Part shown: positions 17,059 to 26,760 of the stretch, piece by piece
How the letters are laid out: the number at the start of each line of letters is the position of its first letter
How positions within the stretch are numbered: position 1 is the first letter of the stretch
Source: Gemmatimonadota bacterium
Lineage (GTDB): Bacteria; Gemmatimonadota; Gemmatimonadetes; Longimicrobiales; Gaopeijiaceae
Direction of reading: 5' to 3'
Assembly: GCA_039589955.1 (NCBI GenBank)
Contig: JBDHGI010000003.1
Location: forward strand, 4,535 to 68,534
Length of the DNA stretch: 64,000 bases
The notes under the pieces: generated by a model
The model's input: the letters and a program-made list of their open reading frames with translations, nothing else
Databases searched by the model: none
Told to the model about the DNA's origin: nothing
Translations under genes and position numbers: made by a program

Positions 17059-19740
17059 TCAGCGGAGGTCCACCTCGAGGGTCGCTCCGTCGTCCTTCGT
17101 GGGCACGACGCCGGCGATGCGCCGTAGGCGATCCGTGCCGGGTTCGCCCACGACAACCGTGTACGTCCCCCCCGGGCTGAAGACCCTGGGACGGTACCGG
17201 GTCCCCCGGATGCGGAGCGTGTAGAGCACCGCATCCCGGCCCTCCTCACGGACCTGGATGACCGGGTCGCTCATGCCGGCCACGGCCACCGTGGGCAGCC
17301 AGGCCGCTGCCTCGCGGTCGTACTGGCCCTCCTGGGTGACCGTGATGGGCCAGCCCGCGTAGGGGCGGGCGCCGGGCGCGGCCGGATCGACCCAGCGCGG
17401 CCAGGCCTCGACGTCGATGCGGCGCGTCGAGCGGTGGAAGCGCACGACCCCGTAGCCCGGAGCCCGCTGGTAGAGCTCGTGGGGCTCGAAGTCCACCTGG
17501 GTGGGGTTGGCCACCGCGAGCACCGTCATCCGGTTGCCGAAGCCGTCCAGGTACTCGCCCGTGTTCCGGGGCGACCAGGGCATGGGATTTCGACCGCCCC
17601 GGGGGGGGTACCACCGCCGGGGCCAGAGATTCGCGATGGACGGAACCGTGAAGACGTGTCCGGCGTCGGTCCAGTCGTCGACGCCGTACCGCGTGAAGTG
17701 TCCCAGGTGCTGATCGCCCACGACATGGAAGGCGAAGCCTTTGCGCATGGCCCGGACGGCCCGATCGCGACCCGAGCGGGGCCAGCCGTTGGAGTCCATG
17801 TCGGCGGCCTTCTTGTCTCCCTCCAGGTATTCGCCGGGCCGGGCGACGTAGGCGCCCGGGAGGACGGCGCCGCTCAGTGCGTCCTCGGGGATGGTGGCCA
17901 CGTCCACGAACGGCGTCTGGGAGAGCACCACCTTCATCCAGGCACCGTCGGACCAGTCGGAAGCCCACGTCTCCAGGAAGCGCTCCTGCTCTTCGCCCAG
18001 AAGCACGGCGCCCGGGACGTCGGATCGGGTGACGGCGTCGAAGTCAGGATCCTGAGACCACCCGTTCACCACCCGCCCGCCGGACACCACCACCGAGGGG
18101 GGCGACTTCCACATGCGATCCGCGAGGATGGCGAAGCTCATCCCGGCGTACTCGAGTCGGGTGTGGTACGTCGTGATCCCGTTCGTCAGGGGCTCGGGGT
18201 CGACGGGGTCGGGGAGGTGCGCCACCTGGGTACGGTGCATGGCGTTCACCCACTCGGGCTCCATGCGGTATCCGCCGCGATCCTGGACCGTGTAGTCCCC
18301 GGGCTCCCGAATGCCCCCGTTCCCCCAGATGTTGCCGTGGTAGGCGTCATGGTCGTCCGGTATGGTCACCGTGGGCCGGTCTCGGGTGATCTCCCGAAAC
18401 GCCCACACGAAGCGGAACCAGTGGCCCAGGTAGTCGAGCGCCGCCACGTCGGTAGGCTCCCGCACGACGCCCTCCAGACCGCCCTCGTAGATCTGGTCGC
18501 CGGCGAAGAAGAGCAGGTCCGGATCGTGGTACGCCACGGACTCCACCGTCTCGGCGTGCGGGTACCAGAAATGGCGACCGTTCCACTGGCCGTCCGCTCC
18601 GGAGATGTGCTGGCAGTTCAGCCCCGCCAGGACGAAGGTGTCCCGGTCGTCGGGGACGCTCCGGATGGTTCCCTCGAAGTAGTGTCGTTCCGGGCCTCGC
18701 GGTCCGACGAGGTCGTACGCCACCCGGTAGGGCGTGTCCTCGTCCCCGGACCAGTCGTCCACCCGGAAGTGGGCGGTGAAGCTCAGCGGCTGGATGGAGC
18801 CCGTGGCGACCTCGGTCCACCGTCCGTTCCGCAGCACCTCAAGCAACGCCACCGGAGTGTCGGCGGGACCGACGGGCCCGAGCTGCGCCGTCATCTTCAT
18901 CGTGCCCCGGCTGAGCGTGTAGAGGGCGCCCATGACGGGTCCGAACGCACGCTCGTCGTGTCGCTCCACCTTCGAGCCCGACACGTGCCAGTCACGGAAC
19001 CAGTACCCGGGGCCGCCCAGGCCGGGGCTCCGGTGGGAGACCAGAGCCACTCCTCCCGAGAGCTGGTCCGGTGGAACGCCGGTGTACGTGGACTCCGCCA
19101 GCAGATTTCCGGTGTCAGGATCGGTGACGGAGACGCGGAGGGAATAGCCGTCGTCTCGGGGAACGGCCCGGACCTCCAGCACCGCGTCGGCGCGCACGTT
19201 GCTCCAGCGCTCCTCCGTGGTCGGCGGCACGAGGGGCCAGGCGTCCACGGGTATGGACGGGCTCGGGCCGTCGAATCCCTGGTGGACCGAGTTGTCGCGG
19301 ACCACGATGCGACCGGTGCCATCGAGCCCCACGATCAGGCCACCGTCGGTGGAGGGCCAGTGGTGCGTGAGGGCCGTGATGCGGAAGTCCACGTGGGCCC
19401 CGCCTGCTCCGAGGAGGAATCCCGACCAGGTGTCCTCGTGGTGCGGACCCTCCTCCATGGGTCCGGTTCGCACCCGCATGCGCACCGACCCTTCCCGCTC
19501 CGAGAGAGCTCGGGTGAGGAGGTGGAGCGTCCGCATGGGCTTGTCGGCGCTACCCTCCGTGGCCTCCAAGCGCCCGTCCCGAATCCTCCAGTCCTGGAGG
19601 CGATTGGCGTAGTAGTCGGGGCCCACCCACACGCGCTCCACGCCCTCCGCCAGCTCGCCGCGGAAGTCCGTTACCGGCGTCGAGCACGCCGCGAGGATCA
19701 GGAGCGCTGCTCCCGACGCGAGGCCGATGCGCACGCTCAC
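17059..19740 (-). CDS. PhoD-like metallophosphatase lipoprotein with large N-terminal beta-rich domain
   Basis: GTG at 19740 gives VSVRIGLASGAALLILAAC-S (lipobox). Metallophosphatase motifs FFAGDQIYEGG, IPDDHDAYHGNIWG and VVGDQHLGHF. The start overlaps the sulfatase stop (GTGA). Confidence 0.8.
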   Translation of the reverse strand: MSVRIGLASGAALLILAACSTPVTDFRGELAEGVERVWVGPDYYANRLQDWRIRDGRLEATEGSADKPMRTLHLLTRALSEREGSVRMRVRTGPMEEGPHHEDTWSGFLLGAGGAHVDFRITALTHHWPSTDGGLIVGLDGTGRIVVRDNSVHQGFDGPSPSIPVDAWPLVPPTTEERWSNVRADAVLEVRAVPRDDGYSLRVSVTDPDTGNLLAESTYTGVPPDQLSGGVALVSHRSPGLGGPGYWFRDWHVSGSKVERHDERAFGPVMGALYTLSRGTMKMTAQLGPVGPADTPVALLEVLRNGRWTEVATGSIQPLSFTAHFRVDDWSGDEDTPYRVAYDLVGPRGPERHYFEGTIRSVPDDRDTFVLAGLNCQHISGADGQWNGRHFWYPHAETVESVAYHDPDLLFFAGDQIYEGGLEGVVREPTDVAALDYLGHWFRFVWAFREITRDRPTVTIPDDHDAYHGNIWGNGGIREPGDYTVQDRGGYRMEPEWVNAMHRTQVAHLPDPVDPEPLTNGITTYHTRLEYAGMSFAILADRMWKSPPSVVVSGGRVVNGWSQDPDFDAVTRSDVPGAVLLGEEQERFLETWASDWSDGAWMKVVLSQTPFVDVATIPEDALSGAVLPGAYVARPGEYLEGDKKAADMDSNGWPRSGRDRAVRAMRKGFAFHVVGDQHLGHFTRYGVDDWTDAGHVFTVPSIANLWPRRWYPPRGGRNPMPWSPRNTGEYLDGFGNRMTVLAVANPTQVDFEPHELYQRAPGYGVVRFHRSTRRIDVEAWPRWVDPAAPGARPYAGWPITVTQEGQYDREAAAWLPTVAVAGMSDPVIQVREEGRDAVLYTLRIRGTRYRPRVFSPGGTYTVVVGEPGTDRLRRIAGVVPTKDDGATLEVDLR

Positions 19741-21242
19741 GCCGTCCGCAGGGGAAAGAGGTCCGACTCGGTGCGACCCGTGGTCATGATGTCCACGATC
19801 CTCTCGACGAGGTCGGGGTGCTCGACCGCGACGTCGGCGCTCTCCCCGGGGTCGGCCGCGAGATCGTAGAGCTGCACCGGGTCGTCCGGGGAGAGTCGGA
19901 TGCCCTTCCAGTCTCCCAGGCGCACGGCTTGGCCTCCCACATACTCCCAGTACAGGTAGTCGTGCCCCCCTTGCTTGCCGGGTCGGCCGAGGAGCGTGGG
20001 CACCAGAGAGACGCCGTCGATTCCCGCGGGCGTGCGCGCGCCCGCCAGCTCCGTGAGCGTCGGGAGCCAATCCCAGAACGCCGATGGCTCGTGGGTGACG
20101 GTGCCCGGGGCGATGCGGCCTGACCAGCGGGCGAGGGTGGGAACCCGGATGCCTCCTTCCCACAGCTGGGCCTTCCGGCCTCGAAGGTCGCCCTGGCTCT
20201 CGAAGAACACGTAGTCCACGCCGCCCACCCAGGACGGACCGTTGTCACTGGTGAACACGAACAACGTGTGCTCGTCCAACCCGAGCTCGGCCACCAGATC
20301 CATGACCCGGCCCACGTCACGGTCCATGCGCGTGATCATGGCGGCGTAGGCCGCCCGGGGCGTGGGGTGGGGGGTGTAGCCGGCGTCGCCGAGGTACGGC
20401 GTCTCCTCGAAGACGCCCTCGTACTCCGCCAGGGCGTCTTCGGGCACCTGGAGGGCCAGGTGCGGGATGGTGAAGGGCAGGTAGAGGAAGAACGGCTCGT
20501 TGCGGTGCTCCCGGATGAAGGCCAGAGCCTCCTCCGCGATGAGGTCGTGTGAGTACCTCCCGCCGGAATACCGCTCATAGGATGCGGGGTCGGTGGGATC
20601 CAGGTCTTCCGGGAGTCGCTCGTGAGGATGGAAGTACGCGTTGCCCTCCAGCTCGTGCTTCGTGCTGTCCCGCCACAAGTGCACGGGGTAGTAGTTGTGG
20701 GCCAGTCGCTGACCGAGGTACCCGTACCATCGGTCGAACCCCTGTCGGTTGGGAGCGCCCGTGCTTCCGGGGCCACCGAGGCCCCACTTTCCCATGGCGC
20801 CGGTGACGTATCCGGCCTCCTGGAGAAGCGTGCCCACGGTGGTCGTGCCCGGGGGCAGCGGGCGTTGGCCCTCGAGGCTCAGGTCGCGCCACACGTCGCC
20901 GCGGTCCGACATCTCGTCGTTCCCCCGGATGTACGCGTGGCCGCTGTGCATCCCCGTGAGGAGGACGCAGCGGGAGGGGGCGCACACCGGGCTTCCGGAG
21001 TAGTGCTGGGTGAAGCGCATGCCTTCCCGGGCCATGCGGTCCAGATTGGGGGTGCGGATCTTCGTCTGGCCGTACGACCCCAGCTCTCCGTAGCCCAGGT
21101 CGTCGGCCACCATGAAGACGATGTTGGGACGGCGCCGCCCGCCGCCACCGGAAAGACAGCCCTGTCCGGACGCCGCCACGGCGGCCGCTCCCAACCCCAG
21201 GGTTCGCAGGAAGTCCCTCCGGTGGATGCCCTTGGCCGCCAT
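19737..21242 (-). CDS. Cys-type arylsulfatase with Tat signal
   Basis: MAAKGIHRRDFLRTLGLGAAAVAASG is a twin-arginine signal. MVADDLGYGELGSYG is present, and the formylglycine site is C-x-P-S-R in SGSPVCAPSRCVLLTGMH. Confidence 0.92.
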   Translation of the reverse strand: MAAKGIHRRDFLRTLGLGAAAVAASGQGCLSGGGGRRRPNIVFMVADDLGYGELGSYGQTKIRTPNLDRMAREGMRFTQHYSGSPVCAPSRCVLLTGMHSGHAYIRGNDEMSDRGDVWRDLSLEGQRPLPPGTTTVGTLLQEAGYVTGAMGKWGLGGPGSTGAPNRQGFDRWYGYLGQRLAHNYYPVHLWRDSTKHELEGNAYFHPHERLPEDLDPTDPASYERYSGGRYSHDLIAEEALAFIREHRNEPFFLYLPFTIPHLALQVPEDALAEYEGVFEETPYLGDAGYTPHPTPRAAYAAMITRMDRDVGRVMDLVAELGLDEHTLFVFTSDNGPSWVGGVDYVFFESQGDLRGRKAQLWEGGIRVPTLARWSGRIAPGTVTHEPSAFWDWLPTLTELAGARTPAGIDGVSLVPTLLGRPGKQGGHDYLYWEYVGGQAVRLGDWKGIRLSPDDPVQLYDLAADPGESADVAVEHPDLVERIVDIMTTGRTESDLFPLRTA

Positions 21243-21345
21243 TGTCCCCGCCCGAGGTTGCTGGTACCGTGCCCCGACCCCACGCCTTCCTGCGCAACCT
21301 AGGGTGGCGCCGGGGACCCCGCGAGAACTCCACCGGAGCGGCCCC

Positions 21346-22524
21346 GTGCCGAGTCACCCCATCCCCGGCATCCCGAGCTACCACGTGATGCTCAAGCCCA
21401 GGGGTGCCATCTGCAATCTCGACTGTACGTACTGCTACTACCTGAGGAAGGAGGACCTCTATCCGGGGTCGGATTTCCGCATGTGCGGCGACGTCCTGGA
21501 GGCGTTCACGCGTCAGTATATCGAGAGCCAGCAGGGTCCGGAGATCGTCTTCGGATGGCAAGGCGGCGAGCCGACCCTCATGGGCCTGGAGTTCTTCCGC
21601 AAGGCCGTCTCGTTACAGAAGAGGTACGCGCGGCCCGGTGTCAGGATCTCCAACACAATCCAGACGAACGGTGTGCGTCTCGACGACGAATGGTGCCGGT
21701 TCTTCGCCAGGCACGCGTTCCTGGTGGGGATCAGCCTGGACGGGCCCGCCGAGGTCCACGACGCCTTTCGGGTCGACAAAGGAGGCAAGCCGACCTACCA
21801 GGCCGTCATGGAGGGAATCCGGCTCCTCCAGAGGCACGGCGTCGAGTTCAACCTGCTCACGACGGTCCACGCCGCCAACGCGCCCAGGCCCCTCGAGGTC
21901 TACCGCTTCTTCCGGGACGAGGTCGGCGCACGATTCATCCAGTTCATCCCTATCGTGGAGCGGATCGGATCGGGTGTCTCGCCCGAGTCGGTGCCGGCCA
22001 GCGAGTACGGAGCGTTCCTTTGCTCCATCTTCGATGAGTGGGTGCGCCGGGACGTAGGCCGGATCTTCGTGCAGATCTTCGACGTGGCGCTGGCCTCGTG
22101 GGCGAGACGGAACCCGGGGCTGTGCATCTTCCAGAAGACCTGCGGAACGGCCCTGGCCGTCGAGCACAACGGCGACGTGTACTCGTGCGACCACTTCGTC
22201 ACGCCTTCCTACCGGTTGGGCAACATCATGGAGGGGCCGCTTCCCGCGATGGTCGACAGCGACGACCAGCGGGCCTTCGGGGCCGCCAAGCGGATGGCGC
22301 TTCCGGCATACTGCCGTGCGTGCGACGTGCGATTCGCGTGCAACGGCGGATGCCCCAAGAACCGCTTCATCGAGACTCCGGACGGGGAGCCGGGTCTGAA
22401 CTACCTGTGCGAGGGGTACCAGCGGTTCTTCCACCACGTCGGGCCGGCGATGGAGTGGATGGCCGAGGCCCTCGACAGGGGGGAGCCTCCCGCCGGGATC
22501 GTGGAGCATCTCGCCCAGGGCTGA
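21346..22524 (+). CDS. Anaerobic sulfatase-maturating enzyme (radical SAM/SPASM)
   Basis: SYHVMLKPRGAICNLDCTYCYY carries CxxxCxxC. SPASM Cys clusters are CIFQKTCG...YSCDHF and CRACDVRFACNGGCPKNR. The track ORF starts at 21112, inside the sulfatase gene on the other strand. The in-frame GTG at 21346 fits typical N-termini, but the start is uncertain. Confidence 0.88.
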   Translation: MPSHPIPGIPSYHVMLKPRGAICNLDCTYCYYLRKEDLYPGSDFRMCGDVLEAFTRQYIESQQGPEIVFGWQGGEPTLMGLEFFRKAVSLQKRYARPGVRISNTIQTNGVRLDDEWCRFFARHAFLVGISLDGPAEVHDAFRVDKGGKPTYQAVMEGIRLLQRHGVEFNLLTTVHAANAPRPLEVYRFFRDEVGARFIQFIPIVERIGSGVSPESVPASEYGAFLCSIFDEWVRRDVGRIFVQIFDVALASWARRNPGLCIFQKTCGTALAVEHNGDVYSCDHFVTPSYRLGNIMEGPLPAMVDSDDQRAFGAAKRMALPAYCRACDVRFACNGGCPKNRFIETPDGEPGLNYLCEGYQRFFHHVGPAMEWMAEALDRGEPPAGIVEHLAQG

Positions 22525-22621
22525 TCGGCATGACACGGGTCCCTTGCATCCACCTGTGGCCCCGCCTACGCTGACGCCGGGCCATGGGCGGTGAGTCCGC
22601 CTGAAAACGGGAGCAGCCGGA

Positions 22622-23791
22622 ATGAAATCGCCCGCCACGAGGTGGTTCTTGCTCGTCGGCGCCGTCCTTGGAACAGGCGCGTGCACCGTCCCCGACGCTC
22701 CCGTGGCTGCGGAGCCCGGGAACCCCCTCCCGGGGCTGAGCCCCGAAGCCCTGGCCCGCTTCGAGGATGGACGGGCCCTCTTCGAGCACGGATGGGCACC
22801 GGAGGAGGGGTTGGGTCCCACGTACGTTCAGGATCGCTGCACCTCGTGTCACGACATCCCCACCTCGGGGGGCTCCAGCCCGGAGGGGCTCCCGAAGTTC
22901 GCGATGGGCTGCGATCCGCTGGACGTCCACGGTGGCGACATCATGCAGCGCCAGCGCACGCCGCTCCTCATCGAGCAGGGCGTGCCGGCGGAGACCTTCC
23001 CGGCCGAGGCGACGCTCCGCCCGACGTTGGTCCCGTCCATGCTGTACGGCTTGGGGCTCATCGAGGCGGTTCCCGAGGACGTGATCCTGTCCCTGGAAGA
23101 TCCCGACGACCGGAACGGCGACGGCATATCGGGCAGGGCGGGCCGAACCGAGGACGGGCGCCTCGCCCGGCTGGGGCGCAAGGGAGCCGTGGCCTCCATC
23201 CTGGAGCTGGTGGACGCGGCCCTCATCACCGAGCTCGGCATCACGACGCCGACGTATCCCGAAGAGGAGACCATCAACGGGGTGCCCGTTCCTCCCGAGT
23301 CGGATCCCACCCCCGACCCGGAGGTCGACATGGAGACCGTCGGCCTCATCGCCGACTTCGTGCGCTATCTGGCGCCTCTGGCTCCGGAGGTGCCGGCGAC
23401 CGACGCCCTACGTGACACGCTCCTCTGGGGCGAGCACGTCTTCGAGGAGCTGGGCTGTGCGGCGTGCCACACGCCGACGCTCACCACGGGGCCCAATTCC
23501 GAGCCGGGCCTGGACCGGAAGACCGTCCGGCTATTCTCGGACTTGCTGCTCCACGACATGGGGTCCGAGGCGGCGGGACTGTGTGGCCCCAACGCCCTGC
23601 CCTCGGAGTTCCGCACGGAGAAGCTCATGGGCCTCCGGCACCGCCCTGCCTACATGCACGACGGGCGCGCTTCCGGTCTGTCCCAGGCCATCCTGCTCCA
23701 CGGCGGTGAGGGGGCGGCTTCCCGGGACGCGTTCGACGCGCTGGGCGTGGTGGAGCGGGGCTACCTGATCCGCTTCCTGGCGTCTCTGTAG
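22622..23791 (+). CDS. Di-haem oxidoreductase / peroxidase-like lipoprotein (DUF1111-type)
   Basis: Lipobox LGTGAC-T. Two CxxCH haem sites (CTSCHD, CAACHT). Conserved tail RPAYMHDGRASGLSQAILLHGGE. Confidence 0.85.
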   Translation: MKSPATRWFLLVGAVLGTGACTVPDAPVAAEPGNPLPGLSPEALARFEDGRALFEHGWAPEEGLGPTYVQDRCTSCHDIPTSGGSSPEGLPKFAMGCDPLDVHGGDIMQRQRTPLLIEQGVPAETFPAEATLRPTLVPSMLYGLGLIEAVPEDVILSLEDPDDRNGDGISGRAGRTEDGRLARLGRKGAVASILELVDAALITELGITTPTYPEEETINGVPVPPESDPTPDPEVDMETVGLIADFVRYLAPLAPEVPATDALRDTLLWGEHVFEELGCAACHTPTLTTGPNSEPGLDRKTVRLFSDLLLHDMGSEAAGLCGPNALPSEFRTEKLMGLRHRPAYMHDGRASGLSQAILLHGGEGAASRDAFDALGVVERGYLIRFLASL

Positions 23792-23801
23792 AGGAGGGCG
23801 C

Positions 23802-24686
23802 CTAGGACGGCGGAGGGCCCTCGACCCGCTCCAGCACCCGGTGGAGGGCGGCGATGAGGCGGCGTCGGAGCCGGCCGGCTTCCTCGGACAGGGCGGCCTG
23901 CTGGCGGGCGTAGGCGCGGCGTCCCTCCGGCGTCTCCACGGGAATGGGCTCATAGCCCAGAGAGGACAGGTCGTAGGGACTCGCCCTCATGTCCAGCGCC
24001 CTCAGCCGCAGGGCCAGCTCGAAGCACTCCCACAGCAGCCCGGTTCCGATCCAGGGCATGGATTTGTACGACCACTTGTACAGGTCCATGTTCGCGTGCA
24101 CACAGCCGGGTTGCTCGAGCGCCGCCCGGCTGGACAGGGTGGGGACAACTCGGTTCATCGTGCGCGCCGCTGGACTGAAGAACCGGAAGGCGTCGTAGTG
24201 GCTGCACACGATCGGTCGGCTCTCGACGACGGCGTCCACCTCCACCTGGCTCAGGCGCAGAGGGACGGTCTCCCGGTGACGGATATCCTCGCCGCGATAG
24301 ACCATGGCCCACTCGTGCATGCCGAAGCAGCCCAGGTTGGGGAGGCGCCGGGAGGTGGCCTCCAGCAGATCCCGAGTCCTCCGAAGCCGGAGGCGCTCCT
24401 TCGGTCGTAGGACGTGGGGGCTCTGGATGATCCGTCCGTGCCGGCTGACGTACCGAGGCGGAGTGAAACGCTCCCGGGCCTCCGGAGAGTCGCGGAGCGC
24501 CATGTCGATGCCCGGGTGCCACTCCTCCAGCTTCCCAGGGGAGTACCGGTAGTAGCGGAAGAGGAAGTCGTGGACGGGATGGGACGTCCCCCGTGCCCTC
24601 CGGTCCCGAAATGCGCACACCCAGCGGCCCACTCGCTCGCGGTGTTCCTCGGCGAGGCGAAGCCAGTCGGAGGTCCCCAGCATCAT
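23802..24686 (-). CDS. Conserved protein of unknown function (family often database-labelled 3-methyladenine DNA glycosylase; unverified)
   Basis: 294-aa ORF with [24 protein letters not shown] and [11 protein letters not shown] recall the HPVxDFLFxYY signature from actinobacterial proteins carrying that label. Its start overlaps the upstream stop by 4 nt. Confidence 0.7.
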   Translation of the reverse strand: MMLGTSDWLRLAEEHRERVGRWVCAFRDRRARGTSHPVHDFLFRYYRYSPGKLEEWHPGIDMALRDSPEARERFTPPRYVSRHGRIIQSPHVLRPKERLRLRRTRDLLEATSRRLPNLGCFGMHEWAMVYRGEDIRHRETVPLRLSQVEVDAVVESRPIVCSHYDAFRFFSPAARTMNRVVPTLSSRAALEQPGCVHANMDLYKWSYKSMPWIGTGLLWECFELALRLRALDMRASPYDLSSLGYEPIPVETPEGRRAYARQQAALSEEAGRLRRRLIAALHRVLERVEGPPPS

Positions 24687-25741
24687 GACGGAGGAGAGGC
24701 GGTCTCCCTGCGCACCACGGGCGCCACCTCGGTGCCCAGCAGCTCGATGGCACGCAGCACCCTCTCATGGGGCATTGGGCCCACCGTGAGCTGGACGAGG
24801 AAGCGGTCGTGGTGGAAGAGCTCGTGCTGGTAGAGGATCTTGTCGATCACCTGCTGGGGGCTCCCCAGCACGAGGGCGCCGTGTATCGCCGCCTCGGCAT
24901 CGAACTGCCGACGGGTCGTGGGCGGCCACCCCCGTTCCCGTCCGATGCGGGACATGGTCTCGGCGAAGGGAGGGAACGCCACGTCTGCCGCGGTCCTGGC
25001 GTCGTCGGCCAGGAAGCCGTGGGAGTTGATGCTGACCCGGAGGGTCGCCGGATCGTGGCCGGCCTGGGCGGCCACCTCACGATAGAGCTCCACCACCGGC
25101 TTGAAGCGATGGGGCGCACCGCCGATGATGGCCAGCGCCATGGGAAGACCCAACCTGGCCGCTCGGATCACGGAATGGGGAGTGCCGCCGACGGCGATCC
25201 ACACCGGGATGGGATCCTGCACGGGTCGGGGATAGACGGCTCGGTCGTCGATGGCCGGGCGATGTCCTCCCGACCAGGACACCCGCTCAGTGGAGCGGAC
25301 CTCGAGCAGGAGCTCCAGCTTCTCGGCGAACAGCTCCTCGTAGTCCGCGAGGTCCTGACCGAAGAGAGGGAAGGACTCCGTGAACGATCCTCGTCCCGCC
25401 ATGATCTCCGCCCGGCCGCCGGAGATCAGGTCGAGGGTGGCGAAGTCCTGGAACACCCGCACGGGGTCGTCCGAGCTGAGAACGGATACGGCACTGGTCA
25501 GCCGGATGCGCCGGGTGCGCGCCGCGGCCGCTCCCAGAACGACCGCGGGGGTCGACACCGCGTAGTCCGGCCGGTGGTGCTCTCCCAGGCCGAAGACGTC
25601 GAGGCCCACCTCGTCGGCGAGCTGCACCTCCTCCAGCAGGTGTCGGATGCGCTCGTCCGCGTCGATCTGTCGGCCGGTCTCCGGGTCGAAGCGCGTCTCG
25701 GCGAAGGAGTAGATCCCGATCTCCATGTCGGCCTCAGCCAC
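24683..25741 (-). CDS. LLM-class (luciferase-like) flavin-dependent oxidoreductase
   Basis: 352 aa: [10 protein letters not shown]...[69 protein letters not shown], which is typical of LLM proteins. Confidence 0.88.
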   Translation of the reverse strand: MAEADMEIGIYSFAETRFDPETGRQIDADERIRHLLEEVQLADEVGLDVFGLGEHHRPDYAVSTPAVVLGAAAARTRRIRLTSAVSVLSSDDPVRVFQDFATLDLISGGRAEIMAGRGSFTESFPLFGQDLADYEELFAEKLELLLEVRSTERVSWSGGHRPAIDDRAVYPRPVQDPIPVWIAVGGTPHSVIRAARLGLPMALAIIGGAPHRFKPVVELYREVAAQAGHDPATLRVSINSHGFLADDARTAADVAFPPFAETMSRIGRERGWPPTTRRQFDAEAAIHGALVLGSPQQVIDKILYQHELFHHDRFLVQLTVGPMPHERVLRAIELLGTEVAPVVRRETASPPS

Positions 25742-26747
25742 CCACGAGGTCTTCGAACCGTGCGTTCCCGATGCGGTACCGGCGCCAGTCGTCGAAGTCG
25801 AAGTGCCACCACTCGGCCTCGTACACGGTGAAGCCCTCCCGCTCCATGGCCTCCCGCAGCAGGTCGCGGTGCCACCTCTGTCGTGACGTGCCCCCCGGGT
25901 AGTCGGGGAAGGACCGGGGCGAGAACTCGTCGTAGCCTCCGGGCATGGGCACGGGCTCGCCGGTGGCCCGGTCGAACAAGGTGAGATCCACCGCGGCTCC
26001 CCGGTTGTGTCGGGATCCCGAGGTCGGATCCGCCACGAAGAGTCGCAGCGACTCGGGCGTCGCGTCCCAGAACATCCTGGTCACGTACCACGGGCGGTAG
26101 GCGTCATGGATCAGCAGCCCGTAGCCCAGGGGCTCGAGCCAGCGATGGGCCCGGACCAGCGCCTCGGCAGCGGGACGCTGAAGGAAGGCCATCGGCCGGG
26201 AATAGAACAGCTCTCCCATGAAGTTGTTGGTCGAGGCGTAGCGCACGTCCAGGGCGATTGTGGAATCGAGCGCCACGAGCTCCACCAGGTCCGTCGGGAG
26301 GAAGTCACCCTCCTCCGCGGGCGGAGTCGCTGCCAGCGCGACCTCCCTCAGCTCCTCCGGAGGTCGGAGCGGCTCGATGCGGAACGTGCCACCGCCCTCG
26401 GCTCCCAGCGTGAGACGGGGGTACCGGGCCTGGTCCAGGAGCATGTGGGTGACCCGGCCCTCCGGCGTCCGGACGAAGATCAGCCTCCCTTCTCCCACGA
26501 CCTGAAACGTGTCCGGAGACTCGACACGCAGGTCCATGGGTGTGCCATGCCAGCGGAGCAGCCTGAGGCTTCCACCGTCCTCGAGCACCGATACCGTGTC
26601 TTCCACCGCAGCGTACTCGCCGATGAGGGGACGCCACTGGGTGGGTGGAGGGGGCGGCGGTCCGGTAGCCTCGGCGGGCGGCGGCGAGTCGGAGGTGCAC
26701 CCCCCGAGCACGAGGGCGACTATGGCCCAAACGCGGAGACTCCGCAC
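25734..26747 (-). CDS. D-Ala-D-Ala dipeptidase (VanX/DdpX, peptidase M15) lipoprotein with N-terminal DUF3471-like domain
   Basis: Lipobox LVLGGC-T. M15 motifs [20 protein letters not shown] and EWWHFDF. The N-terminal roughly 110 aa resemble the C-terminal module of the 6037..7551 hydrolase by eye. Confidence 0.88.
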   Translation of the reverse strand: MRSLRVWAIVALVLGGCTSDSPPPAEATGPPPPPPTQWRPLIGEYAAVEDTVSVLEDGGSLRLLRWHGTPMDLRVESPDTFQVVGEGRLIFVRTPEGRVTHMLLDQARYPRLTLGAEGGGTFRIEPLRPPEELREVALAATPPAEEGDFLPTDLVELVALDSTIALDVRYASTNNFMGELFYSRPMAFLQRPAAEALVRAHRWLEPLGYGLLIHDAYRPWYVTRMFWDATPESLRLFVADPTSGSRHNRGAAVDLTLFDRATGEPVPMPGGYDEFSPRSFPDYPGGTSRQRWHRDLLREAMEREGFTVYEAEWWHFDFDDWRRYRIGNARFEDLVGG

Positions 26748-26760
26748 GGTCCGTGTCCCC

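Noticed and set aside
17434-19869. 811-aa plus-strand ORF
   Set aside because: Antisense shadow of the PhoD-like phosphatase gene, with no motifs and biased composition.
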